A stretch of 47,560 nucleotides of DNA from Betaproteobacteria bacterium (GCA_022340705.1 JAJDNJ010000169.1:1-47560); one strand, 5' to 3'. Shown: positions 8,406 through 17,975, numbered from the stretch's first letter. The notes: generated by a model not told the origin, from the letters alone. Numbers and translations are program-made.

Positions 8406-8692
8406 CGCGCGGCTGCCTGTACAGCTACTACCGGGCGGATCCTGCGCATCGGGAGGCCCTGCGCGGCGTGGTCGAAGCACTCTTTCGGAGCGTCTCGCAA
8501 ATCTTCGGCGTCGAGGGACGCTGGATGCAGCGCAAGGACGATCCGGACACGTTCATGGAAATCTACGCCGGCGCCGCCGACGTCGATGCACTCGCTCAGT
8601 TCGTCCGTGAGCAGTGCGAACGATCGGGATTTCGACGCCTGCTCGCCGATTCGGGTGTGCGTCACGACGAACTGTTCGTCGAAGCGGGCTGA
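8402..8692 (+). CDS. DUF4936-like small protein
   Basis: LYSYYR...TFMEIY...RHDELF pattern; GTGA overlap with ygfZ; matches the ygfZ-DUF4936-NRDE order I recall from Betaproteobacteria. Confidence 0.7.
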   Translation: MTRGCLYSYYRADPAHREALRGVVEALFRSVSQIFGVEGRWMQRKDDPDTFMEIYAGAADVDALAQFVREQCERSGFRRLLADSGVRHDELFVEAG

Positions 8693-8695
8693 GCC

Positions 8696-9463
8696 ATGTG
8701 CCTGATTCTGCTCGCCTGGCGGGTGCATCCACGCTACCCGCTCGTGCTCGCCGCCAATCGCGACGAGTTTCATGCGCGCGCGAGCGCGGCCGCGGAATAC
8801 TGGCGCGACCGGCCGGACCTGCTCGGCGGGCGCGACCTGGAGTCGATGGGGACCTGGCTCGGTGTGACCCGCAGCGGGCGGATCGCCGCGGTGACCAACG
8901 TGCGGGACACGGCCGCGAGGGCGCCGACGCAGGCGCCCTCGCGCGGCACGCTGGCGCGCGATTTCCTGTGCAGCGACGCGCCGGCGGCTCGTTATGTCGA
9001 AGCCGTCGCGGCACAGGCCGCGGCCTATCGCGGATTCAATCTGCTGGTGGGCGATCACGACACGCTGTGGTGGATGTCGAACCGCGGAGATGGCGCGCGC
9101 CGGCTCGCGCCCGGTGTCTACGGTGTCGCGAACGATCTGCTTGATACGCCGTGGCCGAAAGTCACGGTCGGCAAACGCGCGTTGGAGCGCGCGCTGCGCC
9201 TCGGCCCGAGTCTCGGCAATCTCCTTGCATTGCTCGACGACACGCGCGCCTTTGCAGACGCCGAGCTCCCGGATACCGGTGTCGGAATCGAGCGCGAGCG
9301 CATGCTGGCGCCGCTGCGCATCGTCGCGCCGCAATACGGCACGCGCTGCTCGAGCGCGCTGCTGATCGATGCGACGGGCGACACGCAGTTCGCCGAGCGC
9401 AGCTTCGATCCGCAAGGCCGCGAGCGCGCGTCCGTCTACTACGCCTTTCCACTCGCTGCCTAG
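8696..9463 (+). CDS. NRDE family (TANGO2-like) protein
   Basis: MCLILL..., AANRDEF, GGRDL..MGTWLG, YGTRCS. Confidence 0.93.
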   Translation: MCLILLAWRVHPRYPLVLAANRDEFHARASAAAEYWRDRPDLLGGRDLESMGTWLGVTRSGRIAAVTNVRDTAARAPTQAPSRGTLARDFLCSDAPAARYVEAVAAQAAAYRGFNLLVGDHDTLWWMSNRGDGARRLAPGVYGVANDLLDTPWPKVTVGKRALERALRLGPSLGNLLALLDDTRAFADAELPDTGVGIERERMLAPLRIVAPQYGTRCSSALLIDATGDTQFAERSFDPQGRERASVYYAFPLAA

Positions 9464-9906
9464 GCGCGCAGCGCGCGGCGCATCCTGCGGTGCGCGATTC
9501 CCGCTTCGAGAAACACCTCGCCCTCCTCCGCGAACCCGTGCCGGCGGTAGAAGTCGAGTGCATGTAGCTGCGCGGCAAGCACCACTTCGGCGTCGCCGCG
9601 CGCCTGCGCCGCGTCCACCAGAGCGCGCAGGATGGCGCTGCCCGCGCCGCGACCGCGCCAGGGGCGCAGCACCGCCATCCGCCCGACGTGCGCGACGCGC
9701 CGTCCGGCATGGCATTCGGATGGCAACAGGCGTCCGGTGCCGACGATGTCCCGGTCTGCCCAGGCGAGCGCATGCACACTCGTCGGGTCGTACGCGTCGA
9801 GCTCGATGTCTTGGGGTACGCGCTGCTCCTCGACGAATACCGCGAACCGGATCGGTGTGGCACGGCCGCGCGCCGAAGCCCAGCAGCACAGCTCGATGCG
9901 GAACAT
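9460..9906 (-). CDS. GNAT N-acetyltransferase (ElaA/YjcF-like)
   Basis: IRFAVFVEEQ.VP..ELD..D, VGRMAVL..WRGRGAG, AQ..A..FY...GF...G..F.EAGI.H. Start at MFRIEL (9906). Confidence 0.9.
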   Translation of the reverse strand: MFRIELCCWASARGRATPIRFAVFVEEQRVPQDIELDAYDPTSVHALAWADRDIVGTGRLLPSECHAGRRVAHVGRMAVLRPWRGRGAGSAILRALVDAAQARGDAEVVLAAQLHALDFYRRHGFAEEGEVFLEAGIAHRRMRRALRA

Positions 9907-9912
9907 GCGCGA

Positions 9913-9922
9913 AGTATAGAAT
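9913..9922. promoter_or_regulatory. Overlapping divergent -10 elements (TATACT on minus, TAGAAT on plus)
   Basis: AGTATAGAAT in the 43-bp gap between the GNAT and aldolase genes. Confidence 0.45.
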
Positions 9923-9949
9923 TTCACGCTCTCCCAGAGTGCCGCTTGA

Positions 9950-11920
9950 ATGAAGAGTCTTTGGAACGACGCCGAGGCTGCACAGTTCACCGGGCCCCTC
10001 GGGCCGCGGGTCTACAGCTCGCGCCTGCTGGGGCGCGAGAAGGCGCTCGTATTGCACGGTGGCGGCAACACCTCGGTGAAGCGGCGCGAAAAGGATCTGT
10101 TCGGTGCCGAACGCGACGTGCTGTACGTCAAGGGCAGCGGCTGGGACCTCGAGTCGATCGAGGCTGCGGGATTCACGCCGGTCGATCTGGAATACGTTCG
10201 GCGCCTCGCGGGCCTGCCAGCGCTGAGCGATCCGCAGATGGTGAACGAGTTGAACACCCACATGCTGCGTGCCGGCGCGCCGGCGCCATCCGTGGAAACC
10301 CTGCTGCACGCCGTGTTGCCGCACGCCTATGTCGATCACACGCACGCGGATGCCGTGCTTTCGATCTCCAACGCACCGCGCGGCGAAGAGCGGATCCGCG
10401 AGATCTACGGCGAGCGTGTCGTGGTCGTGCCCTACGTCATGCCCGGATTCGATCTCGCGGCCTACTGCGCGCGCGCGTTCCGTGAGCAGGCGGGCCCACG
10501 CACCGTCGGCATGGTCCTGCTATCGCATGGCATGTTTTCCTTCGGCGCCGACGCACGCGAGTCCTATGAGCGCATGATTGCGCTCGTCTCGCTCGCCGAA
10601 GAGTATCTCGCGCAGCACGATGCCTGGGCCGTACGGCTGCCCGAGCCACGCCGCGTACGGGTAGCGCGCGAAGCCCTGGCCGATCTGCGTCAGACGGTGT
10701 CCCGGGCGACGGGCAGACCGATGATCCTGCGCCATAGCGACAACCCCAAGTTCCTGGCGTTTGCGCAGCATCCTGAGGTCGCGCGGCTGTCGCAGCAGGG
10801 ACCCGCGACCCCCGATCACGTCATCCGCACCAAGCCGCTGCCGATGCTGGGAACCGACGTGCCGGCTTTCGGTCGGCAGTACGCGGCCTATTTCGAACGT
10901 CATGCGCCCCAGGCAAAAGAGCCCAAAACGATGCTCGATGGCGCGCCGCGCATGCTGCTGGACGCCGAGCTCGGATTCGTCGCCATCGGACGTAGTGCGC
11001 AGGACGCAGCCATCGTGGAAGATCTCTACGACCACACGATCGACGTCATTCTGCGCGCCGAAGCGCTGGGCGGCTGGCGTGCGGTCAGCGAGCGCGATTT
11101 GTTCGACATCGAATACTGGGACCTCGAGCAGGCCAAACTGCGCAGAGCCGGCGAGGCGCCACCGTTCCTCGGTGAAGTCGTGCTCATTACGGGCGCCGCG
11201 TCAGGTATCGGCCGGGCCTGCGTCGACGCGTTCCTGCGCCGCGGCGCCGCGGTCGTCGCGCTCGATCGCAGCGCGGCCGTCGCCGAAGCACGCGCGCGAG
11301 CCGAGCTGCTCGCCCTGCAATGCGACGTGACGCAACCACAGGCTGTGCAGCAGGCGCTCGAGGCGGGCGTCGCCCGGTTCGGGGGCATCGACATGCTGGT
11401 CCTAAACGCGGGTGTCTTCCCGCCGACGCAGCCGGTCACCGAGGTTTCGGAGGACGCCTGGCATCGCGCAATGGCGGTCAATGTCGAGGCGAATCTGCGC
11501 CTGCTGCAAGGCGCGTATCCGCTGCTCAAGCGCGCGCCGCGCCACGGTCGCGTGGTCATCGTCGGTTCGCGCAACGTCCCGGCGCCCGGTCCGGGTGCGG
11601 CCGCCTACTCGGCCTCCAAGGCGGCTCTGAACCAACTTGCACGCGTCACCGCGCTGGAGTGGGCGCGCGATGGCATTCGGATCAATTCCCTGCATCCGGA
11701 CGCGGTTTACGACACGGGGTTGTGGACCGAAGAGCTGCTCGCCTCGCGCGCGAATGCCTATGGAATGAGCGTCGAGCAGTATCGGCGCAGAAACCTGCTT
11801 GCGACCGAAGTGAGCTCGGGCGACGTTGCCGAGCTTGCCGCCGAAATGTGCGGCCGCCTGTTTGCGAAGACCACCGCCGCACAGCTGCCGGTCGACGGCG
11901 GCAACGAGCGCGTCGTGTGA
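9950..11920 (+). CDS. Bifunctional class II aldolase / short-chain dehydrogenase (RhaD-SDR/YuxG-like)
   Basis: N-domain: LVLHGGGNTSVK, VKGSGWDL, PSVETLLH, DHTHAD, SHG. C-domain: TGAASGIG, NAG, YSASK, GIRINSLHP, VDGG. Confidence 0.92.
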   Translation: MKSLWNDAEAAQFTGPLGPRVYSSRLLGREKALVLHGGGNTSVKRREKDLFGAERDVLYVKGSGWDLESIEAAGFTPVDLEYVRRLAGLPALSDPQMVNELNTHMLRAGAPAPSVETLLHAVLPHAYVDHTHADAVLSISNAPRGEERIREIYGERVVVVPYVMPGFDLAAYCARAFREQAGPRTVGMVLLSHGMFSFGADARESYERMIALVSLAEEYLAQHDAWAVRLPEPRRVRVAREALADLRQTVSRATGRPMILRHSDNPKFLAFAQHPEVARLSQQGPATPDHVIRTKPLPMLGTDVPAFGRQYAAYFERHAPQAKEPKTMLDGAPRMLLDAELGFVAIGRSAQDAAIVEDLYDHTIDVILRAEALGGWRAVSERDLFDIEYWDLEQAKLRRAGEAPPFLGEVVLITGAASGIGRACVDAFLRRGAAVVALDRSAAVAEARARAELLALQCDVTQPQAVQQALEAGVARFGGIDMLVLNAGVFPPTQPVTEVSEDAWHRAMAVNVEANLRLLQGAYPLLKRAPRHGRVVIVGSRNVPAPGPGAAAYSASKAALNQLARVTALEWARDGIRINSLHPDAVYDTGLWTEELLASRANAYGMSVEQYRRRNLLATEVSSGDVAELAAEMCGRLFAKTTAAQLPVDGGNERVV

Positions 11921-12924
11921 TGCCGCGGTCCGCGCCACCCCCCGCCGCGGTCCAGACCATGCGCTGGACGGGCGCGCATCTCGAATTGCTTGATCAGCGG
12001 CGCCTGCCAGACGAGATCGTCTATCTCGCGTGCCACAACGCCGAGGAGGTTGCCGGCGCGATCCGTGAGATGGTTGTGCGTGGCGCGCCGGCAATCGGCT
12101 GCGCCGCGGCTTTCGGGTACGCCTTGGCGGCGCGCGCGGGCGACGACCTCGAGCGCGCGGCGGCGCTGCTCGCCGCGTCTCGCCCGACTGCGGTCAACCT
12201 GTTCTGGGCGATCGCACGAATGCGCGCGACGCGCGGCGACGAGGCTGCGCAAGCCGAGGCGCTGGCGATTTACGCGGAGGACATCGCGGCGAACAAGGCG
12301 CTCGGCGCGCACGGTACCGCGCTCATACCGGAGGGCGCACGCATCATGACGCATTGCAACGCCGGCGCGCTGGCCACCGCCGGTCACGGTACGGCGCTCG
12401 GCATCGTGCGTTCCGCGCACGCGGCGGGCAAGCGGGTCGCGGTAATCGCCAACGAAACCCGGCCCTACCTGCAGGGCGCGCGCCTGACCGCGTGGGAGAT
12501 GCTTCAGGAAGGCATCCCGGTCACGCTCGAGGCGGACGTCGCTGCAGGCCATCTCATGAGCCATGGCGAAGTCGATCTGGTTCTCGTGGGCGCGGACCGG
12601 ATCGCGGCCAACGGCGACGTGGCAAACAAGATCGGTACCTACACGCTGGCCGTTCTGGCGCGGCGCCACGGTCTGCCGTTCTACGTCGCCGCACCGTGCT
12701 CGACCTTCGATCTGGCGCTTGCCGACGGGCGCGCGATCCCGATCGAGGAGCGTCCGGCCGACGAGGTGACCGGTTTTCGCAGCGAGCGCTGGGCCCCGCG
12801 CGGCGTAGCCGTGCGCAACCCGGCATTCGACGTCACGCCGGCTGAGCTGGTTAGCGCGATCGTGTGCGAGCGCGGCGTCATCGAGCGCCCCGACCGCGCG
12901 CGCATTGGCGCCCTGCTGGGCTGA
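11920..12924 (+). CDS. mtnA: S-methyl-5-thioribose-1-phosphate isomerase
   Basis: LLDQRRLP, MVVRGAPAIG, SRPTAVNL, THCNAGALAT, ETRPYLQGARLTAWE, GADRIAANGDVANKIGTY, NPAFDVTP. TGATG overlap with the upstream gene. Confidence 0.96.
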   Translation: MPRSAPPPAAVQTMRWTGAHLELLDQRRLPDEIVYLACHNAEEVAGAIREMVVRGAPAIGCAAAFGYALAARAGDDLERAAALLAASRPTAVNLFWAIARMRATRGDEAAQAEALAIYAEDIAANKALGAHGTALIPEGARIMTHCNAGALATAGHGTALGIVRSAHAAGKRVAVIANETRPYLQGARLTAWEMLQEGIPVTLEADVAAGHLMSHGEVDLVLVGADRIAANGDVANKIGTYTLAVLARRHGLPFYVAAPCSTFDLALADGRAIPIEERPADEVTGFRSERWAPRGVAVRNPAFDVTPAELVSAIVCERGVIERPDRARIGALLG

Positions 12925-12940
12925 ACGGCGGCGCACGCGA

Positions 12941-14566
12941 GTGGCACGCGCCTTTCTGCGCTGGGTGGACCGCAATGTGCTCGAGCTCGGGCGCGAGCTG
13001 CGGCTCGACTACCTGCCGCCGCTCATGGTCTACGTGGCCGCCGGGATTTCCGGTCTGACGGGAATCGTCGGCACCTTCTTTATCAAGGAATACCTCGGGC
13101 TGTCGGCCGAGTTCCTAGCGGCACTCGGATTCTGGGCGGGGATTCCCTGGGCGCTCAAGATGCCGATCGGCCACCTCGTCGATCTGATCTGGCGCTGGAA
13201 GAACCTCCTCGTCTACCTCGGTGCCGGGCTCATCGGCCTGAGCCTTTTCATCATGTACGCGCTCATCGCGCACACCGCGGAGATGCGCGCCCTGCTCCCC
13301 GCCGGCCACTGGTTCGTGATCTCGTCCCTGCTCGCCCCGGTCGGCTACGTCGTGCAGGACGTGGTTGCGGACGCGATGACCGTCGAGGCTGTGCCGCGCG
13401 TCGACATGCGCGGGCGGGAATTCGACCCGGAGACCCGCAAGCTGATGCACACCACGATGCAAACCCTCGGCCGCGTCGCGATCATCGGCGGATCCGTGCT
13501 CGTGGCGCTGGCCAATGTCTGGCTGTTCCGCAACGTCGAATCGATGTCGACGCAGGACAAGGCCGATACCTACGCGCTGGTCTACCTGCTGGCGATGGGC
13601 ATCCCGATCTGCTCGGTGCTCGGCACCGTGCTCGCGACGCTACTGCACTGGCGTCGCCGGCGCCGGCTGGCGAACGAGGGGTTCACCGCCGCTCAGATCC
13701 ACGCAATGCTCAGGGTGCGCACCGCGGCCACGCATCCGAACTGGTGGATCCTCGGCGGCAGCCTTCTGTTCGTCGTGGTGACGCTTTCGGTCGGGCTGGC
13801 GGACCTGCAGTACAGTCAGGAAATTGTGTTTGCCGGCTCGATGGCCGTGGTGCTCTTTCTCATGTGGCGGCTGCTTTTGACGCTCAGCCCCGAGGCACGC
13901 CAGACATTGGTCGGTACCGCGGTGGTGATCTTCATATTTCGCGCGATACCCGGGCCGGGCGCAGGCTCGACCTGGTGGATGATCGACGCGCTCGGATTCG
14001 ACCAGTCGTTTCTCGCGAAGCTTTCCCTGATCGCAAGCGTCTTGACGCTCGCGGGCATGTTCGTCTTCCGGCGTTTCATGGCCGAGCGCTCGATCGCCTA
14101 TGTCGTCGGCTTCCTGACAATCGCGGGCACCCTGCTCGCGCTGCCGATCATCGGCATGTACTACGGACTGCACGTCTGGACCGCCCGCCTGACCGGCGGC
14201 CTGATCAACGCGCACACCATCGCGCTCATCGACACCGCGCTCGAATCGCCGCTCGGTCAGATCGCGATGATCCCGATGCTCGCTTGGATCGCGAACTCGG
14301 CCCCGGCCGAGCTCAAGGCGACCTTCTTTGCCGTCATGGCGTCGTTTACGAACTTGGCGCTGTCCGCGTCGCAGCTCGGAACGAAGTACCTGAACCAGCT
14401 GTTTCTCGTCACGCGCGAGGTGCGTGACGCGAGTACCCACGCGGTGACCGTTCCTGCCGACTACAGTCAGCTCGGCTGGCTGCTGATCGCCTCGACCACC
14501 ATCGGTTTCGTGCTCCCGATGCTTGCGATCCTGGCCGCGCGCGCGTTTCGCTGGCGCACGGCCTAG
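12941..14566 (+). CDS. MFS transporter, BT1/folate-biopterin-like
   Basis: About 12 hydrophobic helices; PWALKMPIG, QDVVADAMTVE, 'A..AP..LKATFFAVMASFTNL' resemble the FBT/BT1 family. GTG start at 12941 inferred. Confidence 0.75.
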   Translation: MARAFLRWVDRNVLELGRELRLDYLPPLMVYVAAGISGLTGIVGTFFIKEYLGLSAEFLAALGFWAGIPWALKMPIGHLVDLIWRWKNLLVYLGAGLIGLSLFIMYALIAHTAEMRALLPAGHWFVISSLLAPVGYVVQDVVADAMTVEAVPRVDMRGREFDPETRKLMHTTMQTLGRVAIIGGSVLVALANVWLFRNVESMSTQDKADTYALVYLLAMGIPICSVLGTVLATLLHWRRRRRLANEGFTAAQIHAMLRVRTAATHPNWWILGGSLLFVVVTLSVGLADLQYSQEIVFAGSMAVVLFLMWRLLLTLSPEARQTLVGTAVVIFIFRAIPGPGAGSTWWMIDALGFDQSFLAKLSLIASVLTLAGMFVFRRFMAERSIAYVVGFLTIAGTLLALPIIGMYYGLHVWTARLTGGLINAHTIALIDTALESPLGQIAMIPMLAWIANSAPAELKATFFAVMASFTNLALSASQLGTKYLNQLFLVTREVRDASTHAVTVPADYSQLGWLLIASTTIGFVLPMLAILAARAFRWRTA

Positions 14567-14640
14567 GGTGCCGAATTGGAACGGCGTCCCCGGCGCGAGG
14601 GACATTCCGGGGGGTGGCGCGGTTTGCCCGCCTGCGGCCC

Positions 14641-14695
14641 TGTGCTAAGGTTCCAGCCTCGCGATATCGGATGCGCGACAGTCACTAGGAGGAGG
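14641..14695 (+). promoter_or_regulatory. Putative extended -10 promoter and strong SD for the ABC operon
   Basis: TGTGCTAAGGT at 14641-14651; AGGAGGAGG at about 14687-14695, ahead of ATG 14703. Confidence 0.45.
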
Positions 14696-14702
14696 ATCAA
14701 TC

Positions 14703-15947
14703 ATGAAGCACAGGTTGCAATTCAAGCGCGTTGGTTGCGTTGCAGCATCGGCCGTGGCGCTCGCTTTTGCGACGATGGCACAGGCCAAGGTCGAGGGCGA
14801 CACGATCATCCTGGGCTCGGCGATTTCAATCACCGGCAAGTACTCGCAAGAGGGCAAGAACGCGAGCGACGGCTACAACTTCGCGGTCGACGCGATCAAC
14901 GCGAAGGGCGGCGTGAAGGTTGGGGGCAAGAGCTACAAGCTGAAGGTCCAGTACTACGACGACGAATCGACCCCGGCGCGCACCGCGCAGCTGCTCGAGC
15001 GGATCATCAACCAGGACGGGATCAAGTTCACGCTCGGACCCTATGCCTCGGGTCCAACCAAGGCGGCGCTGCCGGTCATTGAGAAATACAAGATCCCGAT
15101 GGTCGAGGCCGAGGGTGCGTCGCGCTCGCTGTTCACCCAAGGCTACAAGTACGTCTTCGCCGTGCTGTCGACCTCTGACCAGTACCTTGCCCCGGCGGTC
15201 GACCTGGCCGCCGAGCTCGCAGCCAAGAACGGCAAGAAGGCGAGCGACCTGAAGGTGGCGCTGTCATTCGAGAACGACCCCTTCTCGCTCGACGTTCGCG
15301 CGGGGGCAGTCGACAAGATCAAAGAACACGGCATGAAGATCGTCGTCGACGATAAGATGCCGCGCGACCTCTCGGACATCTCGGCGACGATGACGAAGAT
15401 CAAGGCGCTCAAGCCCGACGTCATTCTCGTCTCGGGCCACACCAAGGGCGCAACCACCGCGGTGCGGCAGGCGAAGGAGATGGGCGTGAACGCGCCGATC
15501 GTGGCGATGACGCATTGCGAATCGGCCAAATTCACGACCAAGTTCGCCGGCGCTTCGGAGGGCATTTTGTGTCCGACGCAATGGGCCGAAACGCTGACCT
15601 ACAAGGACAGCTTGTTCGGGACCGCGAAGGACTACTACAACGCCTTCCTCAAGGCGCATCCCGAGTACAAGATCGTCCCCTACCAGACGGCGCAGGCGAG
15701 TGCTGCGGTGCAGGTCTGGGCCGACGCCTTCGAGCGCGCGCAGAGCTTCGACACGGAGAAGTTGCGCGATGCGCTTGCCAAAACCCAGATGCAGACGTTC
15801 TACGGCAACATCAAGTTCAGCCCGGCGGGCAATAACGTCGAGAAGCCGATGGTGTTGCGCCAGATCCAGGGCGATAAGTACGTGGTGGTTGCGCCGACCA
15901 AGTACGCCTCGGATCCGGTGGTGTATCCGCGCAAAGCACCCAAGTAA
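14703..15947 (+). CDS. LivJ/LivK-like ABC substrate-binding protein
   Basis: Signal peptide (..AQA/KVE), GSAISITGKYS, AVDAINAKGG, YYDDES, LGPYASG, TFYGNIKF. Confidence 0.92.
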   Translation: MKHRLQFKRVGCVAASAVALAFATMAQAKVEGDTIILGSAISITGKYSQEGKNASDGYNFAVDAINAKGGVKVGGKSYKLKVQYYDDESTPARTAQLLERIINQDGIKFTLGPYASGPTKAALPVIEKYKIPMVEAEGASRSLFTQGYKYVFAVLSTSDQYLAPAVDLAAELAAKNGKKASDLKVALSFENDPFSLDVRAGAVDKIKEHGMKIVVDDKMPRDLSDISATMTKIKALKPDVILVSGHTKGATTAVRQAKEMGVNAPIVAMTHCESAKFTTKFAGASEGILCPTQWAETLTYKDSLFGTAKDYYNAFLKAHPEYKIVPYQTAQASAAVQVWADAFERAQSFDTEKLRDALAKTQMQTFYGNIKFSPAGNNVEKPMVLRQIQGDKYVVVAPTKYASDPVVYPRKAPK

Positions 15948-15968
15948 CGGTCTATCTTCTGAAGGAGG

Positions 15969-15998
15969 GCCGCGCCGGGCCTGAGCGCCCGGCGCGGC
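15969..15998 (+). repeat. Perfect 12-bp stem hairpin between the SBP and permease genes
   Basis: GCCGCGCCGGGC-CTGAGC-GCCCGGCGCGGC; no U-tract follows. Confidence 0.85.
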
Positions 15999-16005
15999 AG
16001 TCAGC

Positions 16006-16908
16006 ATGTGGGATAACCTGCAGATCCTCGGCGTCGCTCCGATCTTCAACGTCCAGTTGATCCTGAATGGCGTCACGGTCGCGGCCGTGTTCTGCCTGGT
16101 GGCCTACGGCCTGGCGCTGGTCTGGGGGGTCACCAGCGTCAAGAATCTTTCGCAGGGCGATCTGGTCATGATGGGCGGCTACGGCGCATGGGAGCTCGCC
16201 CGGCATGGCGTGCACCCGATCCTGGCGTTAATCCCGGTTTCAGCGATCATGTTCGCCTTCGGCTGGATCATCTACAAGCTGATCATCCGCCGTGTCATCC
16301 AGCTCGACCTCTTCACCTCCCTGCTCGCGACCTTCGGGCTGGCAATCACCATTCAACAGTCGCTCAATCTGGCCTTCGGGCCCGACGTGCGCACAGTCGA
16401 GTCCGGTTTCGGCCAAATCAAGCTGTTCGGCGGCATGATCGAGATCACGCAGATCAAAGTGATCGCGTTCGGGCTGTGCGTGCTTCTGGCCATCGCCATG
16501 GTTCTGTTCCTGAAGAAAAGCCGCATGGGACAGGCAATCCGCGCGACGGCGCAGGATCCTCGCGCGGCACGCGTGCTGGGCGTCGACACCGACCTCGTGT
16601 ACGCCATGACGTTTTCGATCAATGCGGCGATCTGCGGCGCAGCGGGCGTGCTAATCGCCATGATTTGGGTGATCCAGCCGTTCTATGGCATCGCCTACTC
16701 GGTGCGCGCCTTCGTCATCGTCACCGCCGCCGGGCTGGGCAATCTGCCGGGTGTCATCGTCACCGCGCTCGGCCTCGGGGTGCTCGAGCAGTACAGCGGC
16801 TTCGTGATTGGAGCCCAGTTCCAGCAGGCCACCATTGTCGGCCTCCTCCTCGCCATTCTCATCTGGCGGCAGATGACGCTGCTTCGCCAGCGCAAGTCGC
16901 TGCAATGA
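16006..16908 (+). CDS. LivH-like ABC permease
   Basis: LVAYGLALVWG...NLSQGD.VM.GGY, LLATFGL, MGQAIRATAQD.RAA..LGVD. Confidence 0.92.
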   Translation: MWDNLQILGVAPIFNVQLILNGVTVAAVFCLVAYGLALVWGVTSVKNLSQGDLVMMGGYGAWELARHGVHPILALIPVSAIMFAFGWIIYKLIIRRVIQLDLFTSLLATFGLAITIQQSLNLAFGPDVRTVESGFGQIKLFGGMIEITQIKVIAFGLCVLLAIAMVLFLKKSRMGQAIRATAQDPRAARVLGVDTDLVYAMTFSINAAICGAAGVLIAMIWVIQPFYGIAYSVRAFVIVTAAGLGNLPGVIVTALGLGVLEQYSGFVIGAQFQQATIVGLLLAILIWRQMTLLRQRKSLQ

Positions 16909-17975
16909 GCCTGCGCCTCGGCCTGACGCCGCGCACGCTCGCCGGACACCTGCTGCTGCTGGCCGCGGGCATCGCGGCGCCGTTCCTGTTTCCCGGCCAC
17001 ACAATCCAGTTCGCCGTGTTCTGGGTGTTCGTGCTGTTCGCGCTCACCTGGGACATCATGGGCGGGCAGATGGGGTATAACTCGCTCGGCAATATCCTGT
17101 TTTTTGGCCTCGGCATGTATGTCTGCGCGGTCGCGCAGATCGCAATTGTGTACGACGTCGCTCAGTACACCGCGGCAAACGGCGCGATCAGGGTGGACTT
17201 CTCGCGCAACGAGTATTTCCAGGGGCTGGCGCTGGGCGTGGTGCTTTCCGCACTGATCCCGGTCGTGGTTGCGGCGGTATTGAGCTGGATCTTATTCGGA
17301 CTGCGCGGACCTTACTATGCGATCGGCACGCTCGGCGTGGCGATCGCCGCCGCCGAGCTGACCAATTCATGGAATTACGTTGGCGGCGGCATGGGCATCG
17401 CCATGCCGGTATTCCCTGGCGGACCCGGTATGCGCGAGCGCTTCTTCTATGCTGCCTGCATGGTTGCGACCGTTCTGTGCTACCTGTTTCTGCGCTGGCT
17501 GTACAGAACACGCTTCAGTCTCGCCATCAACGCCATCCGCGACGACGAGGACAAAGCCGAGGCGCTCGGCCTGCATACCGCACGTTACAAGATGGTTGCC
17601 TGGTGTGTGTCGGCATTTTTCCTTGGAATTGCAGGCGCGCTGTTTGGCAACATGACCGGGTTCATCGAGCCGATGGAAACGGCATTCCCGACGTTGACGT
17701 TCGGAATCTTCATGGTCGCCATGACGCTGCTCGGCGGCAAGGGCACGCTCTGGGGCCCGGTCATCGGCTCGACGCTGTTCTACGCCTTGCGTGAGGTGAC
17801 GTGGACCTACCTGCTCGGCTGGCAGTACATCGCGCTGGGCGTTCTGATCATCGTCAACGTGGTGTATTTCCAGCAGGGAATCGTGGGCTGGCTGCGCCAG
17901 CGCCGGCCACAGTGGTTCGCCGCACCGATCGAGGCGTCCAAAGACGAGACGCTCGGCGCCGACGGCAAGGCATGA
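16905..17975 (+). CDS. LivM-like ABC permease
   Basis: WDIMGGQMGYNSLG, LRGPYYAIGTL, AIRDDEDKAEALG, LLGGKGTLWGPVIG; ATGA overlap at 16905. Confidence 0.92.
   Translation: MSLRLGLTPRTLAGHLLLLAAGIAAPFLFPGHTIQFAVFWVFVLFALTWDIMGGQMGYNSLGNILFFGLGMYVCAVAQIAIVYDVAQYTAANGAIRVDFSRNEYFQGLALGVVLSALIPVVVAAVLSWILFGLRGPYYAIGTLGVAIAAAELTNSWNYVGGGMGIAMPVFPGGPGMRERFFYAACMVATVLCYLFLRWLYRTRFSLAINAIRDDEDKAEALGLHTARYKMVAWCVSAFFLGIAGALFGNMTGFIEPMETAFPTLTFGIFMVAMTLLGGKGTLWGPVIGSTLFYALREVTWTYLLGWQYIALGVLIIVNVVYFQQGIVGWLRQRRPQWFAAPIEASKDETLGADGKA

Noticed and set aside
8240-10345. Long antisense or alternative-frame ORFs (e.g. the 701-aa ORF, 16..1005, 23248..24702, 35357..36829)
   Set aside because: Shadow ORFs typical of high-GC DNA, overlapping well-supported genes and lacking recognisable motifs.
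14618-14632. Sigma-54 promoter (TGGCGC..TTGC) upstream of the ABC operon
   Set aside because: GG-to-GC spacing is 8 nt rather than the required 10.
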